Shown in pieces: positions 51,933 to 63,966 of a stretch of DNA of 63,966 nucleotides. This DNA comes from Octopus bimaculoides (taxonomy: Eukaryota). Both the position numbers and the translations under genes were made by a program. The notes beneath the pieces are model-generated. The model was not told where the DNA came from. It did not search any database and saw only the letters and a program-made list of their open reading frames with translations. Numbering within the stretch: the first letter of the stretch is position 1; each line of letters starts with the position of its first letter. The stretch lies in assembly GCF_001194135.2 (NCBI RefSeq), contig NC_068982.1:179244553-179308518 (forward strand), given 5' to 3'.

Positions 51933-52649
51933 GCATTATTCCTAGGTGCGATTTTACAGCGGCTACTCAACCAATCTGATTTTGTGCAAATGCTCCCATC
52001 GATGTGATCACATGACAATAGGTCGCAAACTTTATAACCTCGGATTCCTAAAAGAGAAATATATCTACCTAAAAGCAATTAAGTTGTTAAAACCACAGCT
52101 GTTCGCAGTGAAGGGTAAATTATTCACAGTGGGGTGCCACAAAAGACTGTCTTTATTACATTGTTTGTAATAGCCGTATCACATTTGTGCTCAGTTGTTA
52201 ACATAGCCACAAACGCAGACGCAGTTATGCTGCTAATACTATCGAAAGCAACAAAAGTTATAATCCCTAACAACTCCTTGGCCGTACAAAATAAGAAAAG
52301 GGAGGTGGCGTTAAACATTCTCATTCATTGAATACTGAACATAACGGTAACATAGATACTAGGCAAGTGCTCCTGTATATATGTACATATGTGTGTGTTG
52401 GATTAAAAACATGGCATGACTATGTTCAAATTTGAACGTTTTTTTTCTTTTTTGTATAAATTCCATTTTAGTCCATTATGTTCAGTTTTGTCCATTAATG
52501 TTCAGAAATCCGTTCGTTCGTTGGCATTTCTATCTCCTCTGAGACCTTTTTTTTTAAATGAAATGATTCTCGCATGGTCACACCATTTGTGTTGGATCAC
52601 AAACGATATTGGGAATGTTGGTGATTTTAAAATTCTTTCCAAGACCAGA

Positions 52650-53040
52650 TTTAGAATTTTCTCAACGTCCAATTGTTACTTCTGTGTTTATACTTGTGTG
52701 TTGGTTTTTTGGCCTATATTTTTTTCTTAGCAAATCCTCCATGGATACTCTCTTAACCTTTATTTTGTGGACTTCTATATTAAACACTAGTGTTGTTAAC
52801 TATTGATTGTCTGTCATTTTGTTCCATATACTGCATTGTAGTGAGATGGATTCACATTGTTAGTGTATGGTCAAACGAAGGAAGAATATTGTCCTTGTAT
52901 AACCAATATAACAGTTTGATTAATGTTTAAAGCTGTCATGTTTGCAACGTAACTTATAATTTGTAAGAGTGCTTTGAAGTACATTCGGTGGTTTGTTGAT
53001 CTTGATTGGTTTTGTGTTCATGAGAATGTTTTACATTTTG
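52650..53040 (-). mobile_element. Decayed PLE (Naiad-like) GIY-YIG C-terminal fragment, copy 1
   Basis: Homologous to 58730-59100; minus-strand pieces QSIVNNTSV.YRS and YRPK resemble recalled PLE endonuclease C-termini. Confidence 0.55.
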
Positions 53041-53844
53041 ATGTATTTGTAATATATTTTAACAGTGAGTTTGTGACCCAACGCGCAACGGGTAAAAACA
53101 GGACAGCATGCAATCATTTCATTATAAGCATATAGCTGAGACAGCTTCGAAACGATAATAGGATAATGGATTGAAAAGCGCTAATGTTCCGGATTAAAAT
53201 TAAAGAACAAATAAAGAAATATAAACAACCTTAAATGAAGAATTTAAAACTCGAACGTAGTCGTGTGATTGACGCACCATGTTTCAAAAATATAGTCCCC
53301 AATTTGCGATTTATATGTGAGTGTGCCTGTATGGGCATATGTATGTATGCATGTATGTATGAATGTATGTATGTATGTATATGTGTGTGTGTTTATTTAT
53401 TTGTAAAATGTGAGACGTAATTTGGTCCCCAAATGCACTAGTGGCAATATTTTGTCGTTGAATTGAAGTTGTCTGTACTAACAACAGAGAAAGATTTTAT
53501 AAGAGATGATTATGCAATCGGAAGTTGTAGACGATGTGAGCGGTAAAATGTTTCCTGTAACCACTTCCTTCGTATGCCATTTATTCGCATATGCTTATGC
53601 TGTTCATATATAATATACTTCTTTATAGATTAACATAATGGAGAATTAAGATACATCTATATTCATCGACCTCTACACTCTGCACTGCTATCATCAATAT
53701 TTATGCAAATGTACAAACGTTTTAGTCTATGTACACGCATACACATGCACACACACGACACATACATACGTACATACATACACGCATACATATATACATA
53801 CATATATGCATGCATACATATATATATATATACATACATACATT

Positions 53845-53876
<32 letters not shown>

Positions 53877-54889
53877 CATANNNNNNNNNNNNNNNNNNNN
53901 NNNNNNNNNNNNNNNNNNNNNNNNNNNNNNNNNNNNNNNNNNNNNNNNNNNNNNNNNNNNNNNNNNNNNNNNNNNNNNNNNNNNNNNNNNNNNNNNNNNN
54001 NNNNNNNNNNNNNNNNNNNNNNNNNNNNNNNNNNNNNNNNNNNNNNNNNNNNNNNNNNNNNNNNNNNNNNNNNNNNNNNNNNNNNNNNNNNNNNNNNNNN
54101 NNNNNNNNNNNNNNNNNNNNNNNNNNNNNNNNNNNNNNNNNNNNNNNNNNNNNNNNNNNNNNNNNNNNNNNNNNNNNNNNNNNNNNNNNNNNNNNNNNNN
54201 NNNNNNNNNNNNNNNNNNNNNNNNNNNNNNNNNNNNNNNNNNNNNNNNNNNNNNNNNNNNNNNTATATTCTTACGGGATGACAACGAATTTCAGCAAAGA
54301 ATGTATTTATTTGCCAAACTTTAGGAAAGAAGAAATATTAAAATATCGTACCTCTAATTGAAAACCTCGGCCTTGTCACGCTGATTATGCTTGAGAATGA
54401 AATTGCCGTTACGTTTCTCTGCAGAATACTCAGCAACTTCGGTAAAGTAGACTGTTTTCAGTTGAACGAACAAGCGGGCACTTACATGTCAAAATCGACA
54501 AGGGAGCCCGTCATATATACGTACACATCTACGTACGTACATACATGAATGCATACATACATATATACATACATACATACATACATACATACATACATAC
54601 ATTAGAAGTCTACGGATCCAGTCCATCATTGGAACTGTAAAAATCTCTAAAATTTTCCAGAATTTTATCATTTAAGCATATATGAGCATGTCTGGATATG
54701 CAACTATATGCGTGAGAATACATACATAAAATAAAACATATGAATCCGTACGTATACATACATACATACAAACATACATACATACATACATACATACATG
54801 CATGCATGCATGCATACATACATATCCTGTTGATCTAGGTTAGAAACCGGCTCTTTATTGGCAAGAAATCTTGAAATAAAGTTGTATAA

Positions 54890-54920
<31 letters not shown>

Positions 54921-54940
54921 CGTACAGACATATATACACA

Positions 54941-55207
54941 CAAGGATATCCAGAGGTAAAGCAGTACAATCGTTTCACGCAGCTCCATTTAATTGAGCAA
55001 TGCAACTATTACATCAATTTAAATGCAGAGCAATCCTCAGCTGCACGAAGACATAGAATTTAATTAAATTAAGACAGATGGATATTAAATTCTATGTCTT
55101 TGTGCAGTTGAGGATTGCTTTGCATTTCAATTGGTGCTATGGTTGCATTGTTCAATTAAATGGAGTAGCGTGAAACTATCGTACTGCATTGCTCCTGAGT
55201 ATCCTTG
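54941..55207. mobile_element. 267-bp foldback element (MITE-like), about 124-bp arms and 19-nt spacer
   Basis: 54941-55064 matches the reverse complement of 55084-55207 along its length with scattered mismatches; termini CAAGGATA..TATCCTTG. Confidence 0.9.
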
Positions 55208-57420
55208 TTGCTTATTTTAATTTTAATCCCCTTATTTTGAAATTGTGTGGATAATAATGTACTAAATTCTGGTACCTCAACTTAAGTATCATATTCATCT
55301 GAATCTAAATTCTTGCTATACATACATACATATAGATATGTATGGATGTCTTGTTGAAACGCGTCACCATTTCTCAGCAAAACTTTTCCAAAATCGTACT
55401 CAACGCATCGCAGGAGAGAAAAATCACCGACTGAAAATTTTCTGTAATTATTCATTAAACGGGATGTTGAAAAGCCGATAGATGTAAGGGAATTGTTTAG
55501 AGTACAAGTGTTAATATAAGATACAGCAATATTGTCAGTTTATGGTATCAACTTCTCTATTTTCTTTATTTACTCTTTAAATTCACTTTCTCTTTCTGTG
55601 ACTCCGCATCTTTCTTTCTCCCTCTCCCCCCTCTCTCTCTCTCACACACACATGTACACACATACTTTATTACATGTATCAATTTGAAAATGCGCAGACA
55701 GTATATATTGAAACCGTGCAATTATTAAAATATTAGTTATTAGTTTCTTGTGTCTGGAAGGTGGGAAATAATTTATTTTTTACTTGTTTCACCTTTAATT
55801 TTGTTCATGTTTTCTTCGGTTATTGTATTCTGTAAATCAGACTGATCTTGTTGAATTTCTTCCAACCACTTGAAGTATTTCAAATTTTCACCAGATCATT
55901 TTTAAAAAGCCATGTAGTTTTGATGTAGTTTTTTTTTTTTTTGTGGTGATTATGAAAATTGCATTTGTTTTATTTTTCTACAAATTAATTACATAGAATT
56001 TATAAGAGTTTAAAATTATGAAATTTAGTCAATCGAAATCGTCTATTGTTGACATAACGGAAGTCGCAATTATTTGCTGTCATGAAAATCAACATACACA
56101 AGGATAAGTCAGCGAAGACGTGACCGTTACGTTATCTCTTGCCTTGTTAGAAATGGCAGCCAAATAAATGTTCCTTAAATTATACCGTAACGTCTAAAAG
56201 CAAGATGGACGACACATTATATAAGGTAGTTGGGGTGGGTGTAGACAGTTTCAGTTTGTCTTTTTATTCATAATCAGAGCATCGATGCATTGTAACAAGG
56301 TACTAAATTCACAGCGACACTACATATGATTATTATATGTAATCATAAACACATCGAACATATTAATAACAAACACGAACTCAACCTGTTTAAATGTAGG
56401 ATTTGGATATTGTGTTTGCAAGTAAATAACCAACACCTGTGTAAACACACACACACACACATTTGCGAGACTGGATATTTATGTAGGTGTGCGTTTGTGC
56501 CGGTGTGTGCCTGTGTGTATGCGTGACCGGCCAACATGTGAATTGCTTTGATTTACAAACCACTGACAGAAGGCTGTCTGTAGCACCGGAAAGGAGTTTG
56601 AATAAATAACATTCAAATGTTGAGAATGACAAAATACAATTTTACTTTCACATTTTGATATATACCAGTGGCTGTTGTTCTTGTACTTGTAATTACCCTT
56701 TTTATGATAACTATCACCTTGTCCAAACGTCTTCTTATTTTACTTCCTTTCTCTCAATGTGTAGGATGATTACGGGAGCGTAATCATTACAGTGTTAGTA
56801 CGTGCTACTGTCTGTGAATGCATAGGCATGTCCAACATTACCTCCCCTCCTTCTTTCCTATACCTACTCTCTTAGCACCATCATATTATCTCACGTCTAT
56901 TTTGCTGCACCAGCTATCTTACTCATAACTTGCATGAGTATTTTTTACTGATAAAACCGAAAACGTATATCAGTCAGCTGACAAAAAAGATCAAACGGCT
57001 TGTGTAATAGTAACAATCGTCATGTGGAAACGAGTGTATGTTATATAATGCTCAAAAGTTCTAATTGCGTTTCCTGCACTATGAAGGTACAGCTATTTAG
57101 AATTTTTTTATTTATTTATATAAAAACTTATTTTTCCCTGCAAAATAAATATAAATATTACTTAAAATTTTACGTACTTATGTCTGTCTTTCTACATGTT
57201 AGCCATCTAAATTTATGGATGCAAAAGTTTAATCAGTGCTTCAGTTTAGTTCGTTTCTTTGGGAAAATTCGGAAACTTCTTACACCTGTGTATAAATAAA
57301 CTAAGCAATGATACCCTCATTGCTTCTCACCAATCACTTTTATTATTTGTAATATACCATCCTGTACACTAACAAAAACATTATATTCTCATACATATAT
57401 ATCCGTATGTGCCTGTATTG

Positions 57421-57463
<43 letters not shown>

Positions 57464-57561
57464 GGGGGGGGGGAGAATTTACGAAAGAAACAACAACAGA
57501 CGAGGACAGGTTGTGTAAACAACAAAAAGATGTATTAGTTTAACGCTCGGGAATAGAGAAA

Positions 57562-57600
57562 GTCTTTAACGTTTCGAGCTACGCTCTTCAACAGAAAGAA
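57562..57600 (-). ncRNA. Minimal hammerhead motif with a core mutation
   Basis: Minus strand TCTTT-CTGTTGA-A-GAGC/GTA/GCTC-GAAA-CG-TT-AAAGA: stem I 5 bp, stem II 4 bp, core A6 replaced by U. Confidence 0.65.
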
Positions 57601-57755
57601 TACGGAGAAAAGAAGGAGAAAAACACGGAGAAAAAAAAATTGAATGTTTTGGTCAGCGATCTATCATATATATAAATATACATATATACATGTATATATG
57701 CACACACATATACGCATACATATGCATGCATATATATATACATATGCATATATAC

Positions 57756-57801
<46 letters not shown>

Positions 57802-58729
57802 TATACACATATTTCTGAGTATACATATGTATGTTTGAGTGCACATACATGCACGCACACGCGCGCACACATATCAGAGAGGTACTTGTCTTTCAAATGA
57901 CTTGATCTGAGACCGTGTGTAGGAACTGAAACAATTACATCGTGGAAAAGTCATGTTGGCTATCTATAAACTCACACAAATTCTGTAAAATTCACTTTTC
58001 ATTTATTTGTTAAGGTGTCAATTTTTATCACGCTTCGCTGCTACCTAGTCACTGAAACAGTTCCACTGAAACTGTTTGAAATTTAGTTAATGAAAACTTG
58101 TTTTTGACCTCGGTACTTTTTTTTTTCTTTCAGGCATATGGCTCTGTTCTATACATGTTGTTTGACCTGTTGACATTAGTTGTCGATAGTCGCTTCCAGG
58201 TTTCGTTCTTTTATCCGTTTACAGCTTAGTATGTATGTTATATTCTCGTCGTCAGATCTCTTTTTCACTTTCGTTTTTTTTCTTCTTCTATAATCTTCAA
58301 TTCTTTCTCTTCTAAGTTTTTATTATCTCCCACACTTGCTAGGAGGTTGAAATTAAGTAAATATATACCCCGTTCTCAATGTATAAACATAAGGCATTTT
58401 AGGTACATTCTTCTTGTTGCTCACCTCTATAGGACATTAGGTTCTTTCCATGTTAACTAGATATGAACTGCATTGCATATAACAAATATCGAGGGCAGGT
58501 GCTAATATAGAAGTATATTAATAAATCACACCTAAGTTTATCTGTATAATCTCATACTTATATATGCGCATATGCACATTAGTATCTCTCTACTTATATT
58601 TAGACACGTGCATATACGCACGCCACGCATATATGTATAGAACTAATATAAGTGGAAGAAAGAAAATAAGCTTTTTTTGTGTGTAGCACTTTGGTGTAAT
58701 TCTATTTAGACTTTAGCTTGAGAATGAGT

Positions 58730-59100
58730 TAATTTTCTCAACGTCTAATTGTGTCTTTTGTGTGTCCTACGTGTGTATTGATTTTGGCCTACATTGTCCT
58801 CATAACAAAACTGTCGGAGTTATTCTCCTAATTTTTTGGTGTAATTCTATATTAAATAGTGGTGTTGTAAACTGTTCACTGTCTGTCGATTTTGTTCCAT
58901 ATACTACGTTGTAGTGAGATGGATCCTTGTAAATATATGATCAAAAGAAGGAATAACCAATATAACAGTTTGATTAAAGAAGTATAAAGTTGTCATGTTA
59001 GCATTGTAATTTATTAGTTGTATTGGTGCTTAGAAGTACATTTTGTGGTTTGTTGATCTTGACTGGTTTTTCTGTTAATGAGAATGCTTTATATTCGAAA
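58730..59100 (-). mobile_element. Decayed PLE (Naiad-like) GIY-YIG C-terminal fragment, copy 2
   Basis: Minus-strand pieces KPVKINKP..TNKLQC, SNCYIGY, RPKINTHV; homologous to 52650-53040. Confidence 0.55.
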
Positions 59101-59176
59101 TTTAATTTGAGTTATTGTATGTAAACTGTCTCAGTTACCTGTCTCAACAATTGTAGTGTATGTATTTATGAATGTA

Positions 59177-59905
59177 TACGAGTGTCGGCTGAAAAGTACT
59201 TAGGCTGACCAAGATGTTCTCATGGAATGTGACCAAATAGGATTTGTTTTTCAACATATTCCCTTTTGCGGTCCATGTATTTCTTCCATCGGTTTTGCAG
59301 TGCTTCGATCCCATTGGTTAAGAAGCTTTCATCCAGTTGCTCTAAAGAGTCATCAACAACAGATATGACGTCATCATCACTGCGATACTGGTTCCCAGCC
59401 AAGTACTGCCCTCATGAAACAAGATCCCTTCCGTCAGTTTTCCTGGGCGTTTGGTTTTGATAGCCTTTTGTAACTGCCCCAATAAGTTGGCATAGTACTC
59501 TCCGCTATAGTGTGGTCTTTCTGAAGATAGGCAAAAAAACATTTCTTTTTACGGCGCCAAAAACTGAGGCCATTACCTTCCCTGCAGATGAAACAACCTT
59601 TGTGTGGAGGCCCGTTTCCAATACATGGATTGTTTCTTTGTCTCTTGCTCAAGGTGATCAACCTGACATTCATCCTTAGTTCGGAAATATTCAAAGAAAT
59701 CAGCTGGATCTGCCGCAAAAAAGATATTACCATGATTTTCCCATGGTATGATCATCCTGGTGTGCTTTTGATCAGATATCAGAGGACGTGGTACCCACCG
59801 AGAAGGAATATTCGTCATGCCAAGTTCATTGTGCACAATATTCTCAACTCTCTCTCGAGATATGTTAATAGCATTGGATACTTTATTTATAGTCAATCAC
59901 CCCAA
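59177..59905 (-). mobile_element. Mariner transposase relic (3' two-thirds, internal deletion, 3' TIR)
   Basis: NISRERVENIVHNELGM..SRWVPRPL, TKDEC..EQETKKQSMYWK, SGEYYANLLGQLQKAIKTKRPGKL, GIEALQNRWKKYMDRKREYVEK; TA-CGAGTGTCGGCTGAAAAG terminus at 59177. Confidence 0.92.
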
Positions 59906-59952
59906 TCATCCATCATATATATATACATACATATATATGTGTGTGTGTATGT

Positions 59953-59988
<36 letters not shown>

Positions 59989-61953
59989 TAATTTGTATAT
60001 CCATTCTGAATGAGTTCCAGCAGATTTGAACGTGAATATATTATACGCCGGTGTGTTTCCTCACTGGAGAATAATTTCTTTACGACGAATGTGTTTTCAT
60101 AGTACACCCGATTCAAAAGCACAACTGATTCTCGGACACCCGGTGTTTCAACATCGCTGTCTCGTTAGCCAAATGCACACGAACTATTGAATCAATCAAA
60201 AGCTCGAAGCACTTGTTTCTAACCTTAGTGAATATAACTTTTTACTAACGAGTGCTAATATCTGCAAACAGATTATAAATCGTCACATGCAAGGTGAACA
60301 GCTAGAATCACTTGCATATTCAGTCTTAATATACTTCGACAGATTCGAAACTCTTGTAAATGTAGATAAGCATACTCTTGTTGTTTTTTTCTTTAGTTCT
60401 TTAGATCATATTTTCACAAATTTAATAATGTGATATTTATTTCAGTGCTTTGACCTCTGACTTCAAAACCTACGCTGGTCAACTTTGCTTCTCATCTTTT
60501 CTTTGTAGATAAAATAACAGCTTTCTATGGCTGTAGATTAGTGGAATTGTTAGAGCTTCAGGCGTGATACCTGTATAGATTAAAATCTGACTTTAACTCT
60601 GATCTCTTTCATATGTAAGTATTGCACACCTGACCTCTAAAAATCCTTGAGACACACATAATCGCTAACATCTTTTGTTTACTAAACAAGAAAATATCAC
60701 CTTGATCTTCCTTTTTAATAAAAAGTAGTTGTCAATAAGCCGTTTCACATTCATTTTATCACACTCAACCATCTAAACTTAGATAAACAGCTTCCTTGAC
60801 AGAAATATAATCGTGGGTGTTTACTGCTGACTGATTCTAGCAAATTAAAATTTATTGAAAGGTAAGGTGAGGTAAGTCTGAAATTTAGGACAAACTTTCT
60901 ATTTAGAAAATGCGTAAAGTGGAAAATATGTAACTTTATCTTTGATGAATACATCGTAATTTTGTAAACAACTTCATCCACCGATAAATACATTAAGCGC
61001 TTCGTTTTATGTAGACTTGGGCTGTGACTTTGCATTCTTAATTATCTGCCTTATTTTGTTAAGATTCAGCTCGCCCATTAGTTGCATAATACTGTAGCTA
61101 TGTTAGAGTTGCTGCGTGTAGCTTCGGAAATCCAATCCATTTGGATTTTCTTTCCATTGATGGAATTATCTGGTCACTTTAGTAATTAGAAGGCCTGCAG
61201 AAAAACTTCATCGTTAGTTTATATCAATCTTTCTCTTACTGCGTCTGGGAAAATCGGCTGAGCCTATGAACCTCTTGATGGACCTCCGAGGCTGGGCAGC
61301 TTGACGCTTGACGCCATTAATTGTTTCATATGAACCTCTGTAGGTTAATATTTGCAGGAAACACAAGAGCGGGAATGAGATCTCAAAGTCCCGATATTCT
61401 GAGGAATAAGAATATAGCATGGTGTTTAGTGCAGAGAAAAGGAAGGTTGGAGGTACAAAGGGGGATGAGAAGTAGGTATGAGTAAGTACGGATTGCTCTA
61501 GTGGTGGAGGTATGACAGTAGCAGACTTTGAGGAAGCTGAAACCATGATAGTAGCGATAGCAAAAAAGTAGAGAGAAGAGAGAGAGAGAGCACTCCTGTG
61601 GGTCTGGCGCCGAAGTGTGTCTGATGCAAAATCAACCAGCCGAGTAAGCCTTCTTCAGACGGAGACCGATATGTCAATCGACGTATCAACAGCGCCATTG
61701 CAGATGTTGATATACTCGTTCATACGCCTTCATCAAGAGTCTCTCGTGTTCGTGACTAGAACCTTGGATATTTTCTGAAGAGCATGCTGATTTGTAGATT
61801 GATACGTATATCACTGCCACATGTATAACCTGTGATATCAGTAACCGTGAAGAAGCTGTGTTACTACTCGCTACTGTATAACTATCAGCATTATTATTTT
61901 CTATTGCTTTACCTTGATCTTTCACTTTCTTCCTGGTTCTTAGAGCCACCCTC

Positions 61954-61977
61954 GTGACGTCCCCACTACAATTCCAG
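61954..61977. promoter_or_regulatory. Possible promoter motifs: CRE half-site next to a ZNF143/Staf-like ACTACAATTCC
   Basis: GTGACGT at 61954-61960 and ACTACAATTCCAG at 61965-61977, at the edge of a more GC-rich segment (about 61200-61980). Confidence 0.3.
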
Positions 61978-62729
61978 ATAGGATGACTTTTGGAAATCTA
62001 CTGGATATTGTTAGTTGTCCTAATTTTTCGTTGCTCTAATATATTATATAATTCTGTGTTTATCACTCATATTAATGAAAAATATATTCTGTTCATTTTT
62101 CTTTTCATGTATTTTGTATTTGCGTATAGTCAAGCTTCTTACCCTTGTTTGTGTTGAGTACATATGCGTTGTAGAGATTTTGGTGTGAAGAGATACTGTT
62201 ATTAGTTTCGTGTTTAATATGCACTGTGATAAGATCTATTAGATTGTAGCCTAATTTATTGATTAGTACATGCTTTACATTAGATATTTCTATGTGAGAT
62301 AGCTGTAAGTTGAATCAACGAAGATAGTTACAAATGATATTACCAAAAATAATTGATGATGTTGTAATTTAGAAGTATAACTTTTATTAACACACCTCTT
62401 AGAAAAGAATAAAGAACATTATTAGATATAATATTGAAAGTCATAAGAAGAAATCAGGTGATAGGCTTACTCTCAATTTACTCATAGATTCGGCCATTGC
62501 TTCTGCAGACAACGTCCCAAACATGATTTTAAAAGAACTAGTATTCTAAAAATTAAGAGAACAGAACAAATGATTTGAACAAAAAAAAAAAAAAAACAGG
62601 TTCTTTATTACTTTCCGTAGCAGCTTCCTAAAATATATTTTCAGCATTTTTCAACAAAAATGAAGCCAAATTAAAAGAACACCTTATAAAGCAGAAAAAG
62701 AGTTCCCTCTCTCTTTCTTTTTTCTTTCT

Positions 62730-62779
<50 letters not shown>

Positions 62780-63123
62780 CAATCTATCTATCTATTTATC
62801 TATCTCTGTCACTATTTCTCATACACACAGGCATAAGCATATATGCGTGTGGTTATGTGTGTTTATATATGTATCTGTGTATGTGTGGGTGTGTGTGTGT
62901 TTGCAACTGTTCAGTATCTAGAGTAATGTACTTTAGAAGAGTTGACATAAGTTATACTAACTAATGTGATATTCATTCCTACCTCATAACCACCCCATCC
63001 TCATTTGCGTTGTTTTACGCTCATAATACGTGTCTAGGAAGATGTGGATGTGGTTGAGTGCGTGTATGTTCATGTGTGTGAATATATATACATGCGTGTG
63101 TTTGTATGTACACATGCACTTAC

Positions 63124-63174
<51 letters not shown>

Positions 63175-63926
63175 TTTGTATAATTACTTATGTACATATA
63201 CACACACGGACAAATATATATACATACTACATTCACACACACACACACACACACGCGCGCGCTCACATATGTAACCCTTGAAGTTTCATTATCTGATTCA
63301 TCTGACAGCAATTATTGTCGCACTAACATACAAAGTATGAATGTAAATTTGTATGACAATAGACGTATCTATTTATTTGTATGTCTGTATACCTATTCCC
63401 TTGTAGATAAATGTATATACATTACATGTAGAAAATCAATAAGACAGAGCTGGCACCTTTTCTGAGTGCCTCACAGAACATTAAATGAAATCACACAATA
63501 GCGCTATAATTTGCAAATATTTTTCCCTCGATGTTCAGCGATAACGACTGTCATTAGCAGGTTTCCATCAGAGCGCTTGAAGCCCTATGCGGTCGCCATT
63601 TTATTTGCTGGTTTAAACATTAAATTTGTCTACAATAGATGCTCAGAACAACGACAAAACCATATATACTAAAGAATTGTATTTCAGTGAATGGGATTCA
63701 GAGCAGTAAAGTAAGAGTATGATGGAAAAATTTTTCTATAATGATAAATCATTTCTATATCACTGGATTCATTAGTTAGAATTTTATATTTCATCAATAA
63801 TAGATTATTCGTAGGCATACATACATATATAGACTTATACAAACACATACATACATTTAACATATATGAATATATGTATGTACGTATATAAATATATATA
63901 TATATATATGCATGTGTGTGTATACA

Positions 63927-63966
<40 letters not shown>

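Noticed and set aside
53135-53155. AGCTG-AGA-CAGCT-TC-GAAACG as a hammerhead 3' half
   Set aside because: No CUGANGA core upstream.
59985-60160. Separate Tc1-like 5' end (CCGGGTGTCCGAG terminus on the minus strand)
   Set aside because: Too short and lacks a convincing transposase motif; left uncalled.
61686-61949. ORF MALRTRKKVKDQ.. as a protein
   Set aside because: Starts with GTG, shows no domain similarity and has no supporting splice sites.

Overview
AT-rich, microsatellite-dense animal genomic DNA with 10 N-gaps (5312-5405, 12114-12221, 16478-16846, 25605-25702, 27520-27797, 34884-34978, 41862-42256, 43776-44427, 50279-50288, 53881-54263), most flanked by simple repeats. The repeat landscape suggests an octopod cephalopod; this is an inference from recalled repeat families, not a search result. 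No complete, recognisable protein-coding gene is present. Most ORFs in the supplied track are translated microsatellites or decayed transposons. Supported content: three mariner (DD34D-type) and two maT (DD37D-type) relics, a probable hAT relic, a LINE cluster at 35.6-39.5 kb (one RTE-like, two R4/Dong-like with restriction-like endonuclease), a HERO-like LINE fragment, Penelope-like element (PLE) fragments, several tRNA-derived SINEs and a 267-bp foldback element. Several splice-site-bounded exon candidates, mostly on the minus strand, may belong to an uncharacterised gene. The most interesting signal is a set of minimal type I hammerhead ribozyme (HHR) motifs: 7506-7553 (+), 11317-11362 (-), 57562-57600 (-) and a decayed one at 23273-23312 (-). 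The one at 11.3 kb lies downstream of a PLE endonuclease C-terminus and a tRNA-like Pol III A/B-box cassette, a layout resembling a retrozyme. A mariner built from two 5' ends (1624-2518) is also notable.
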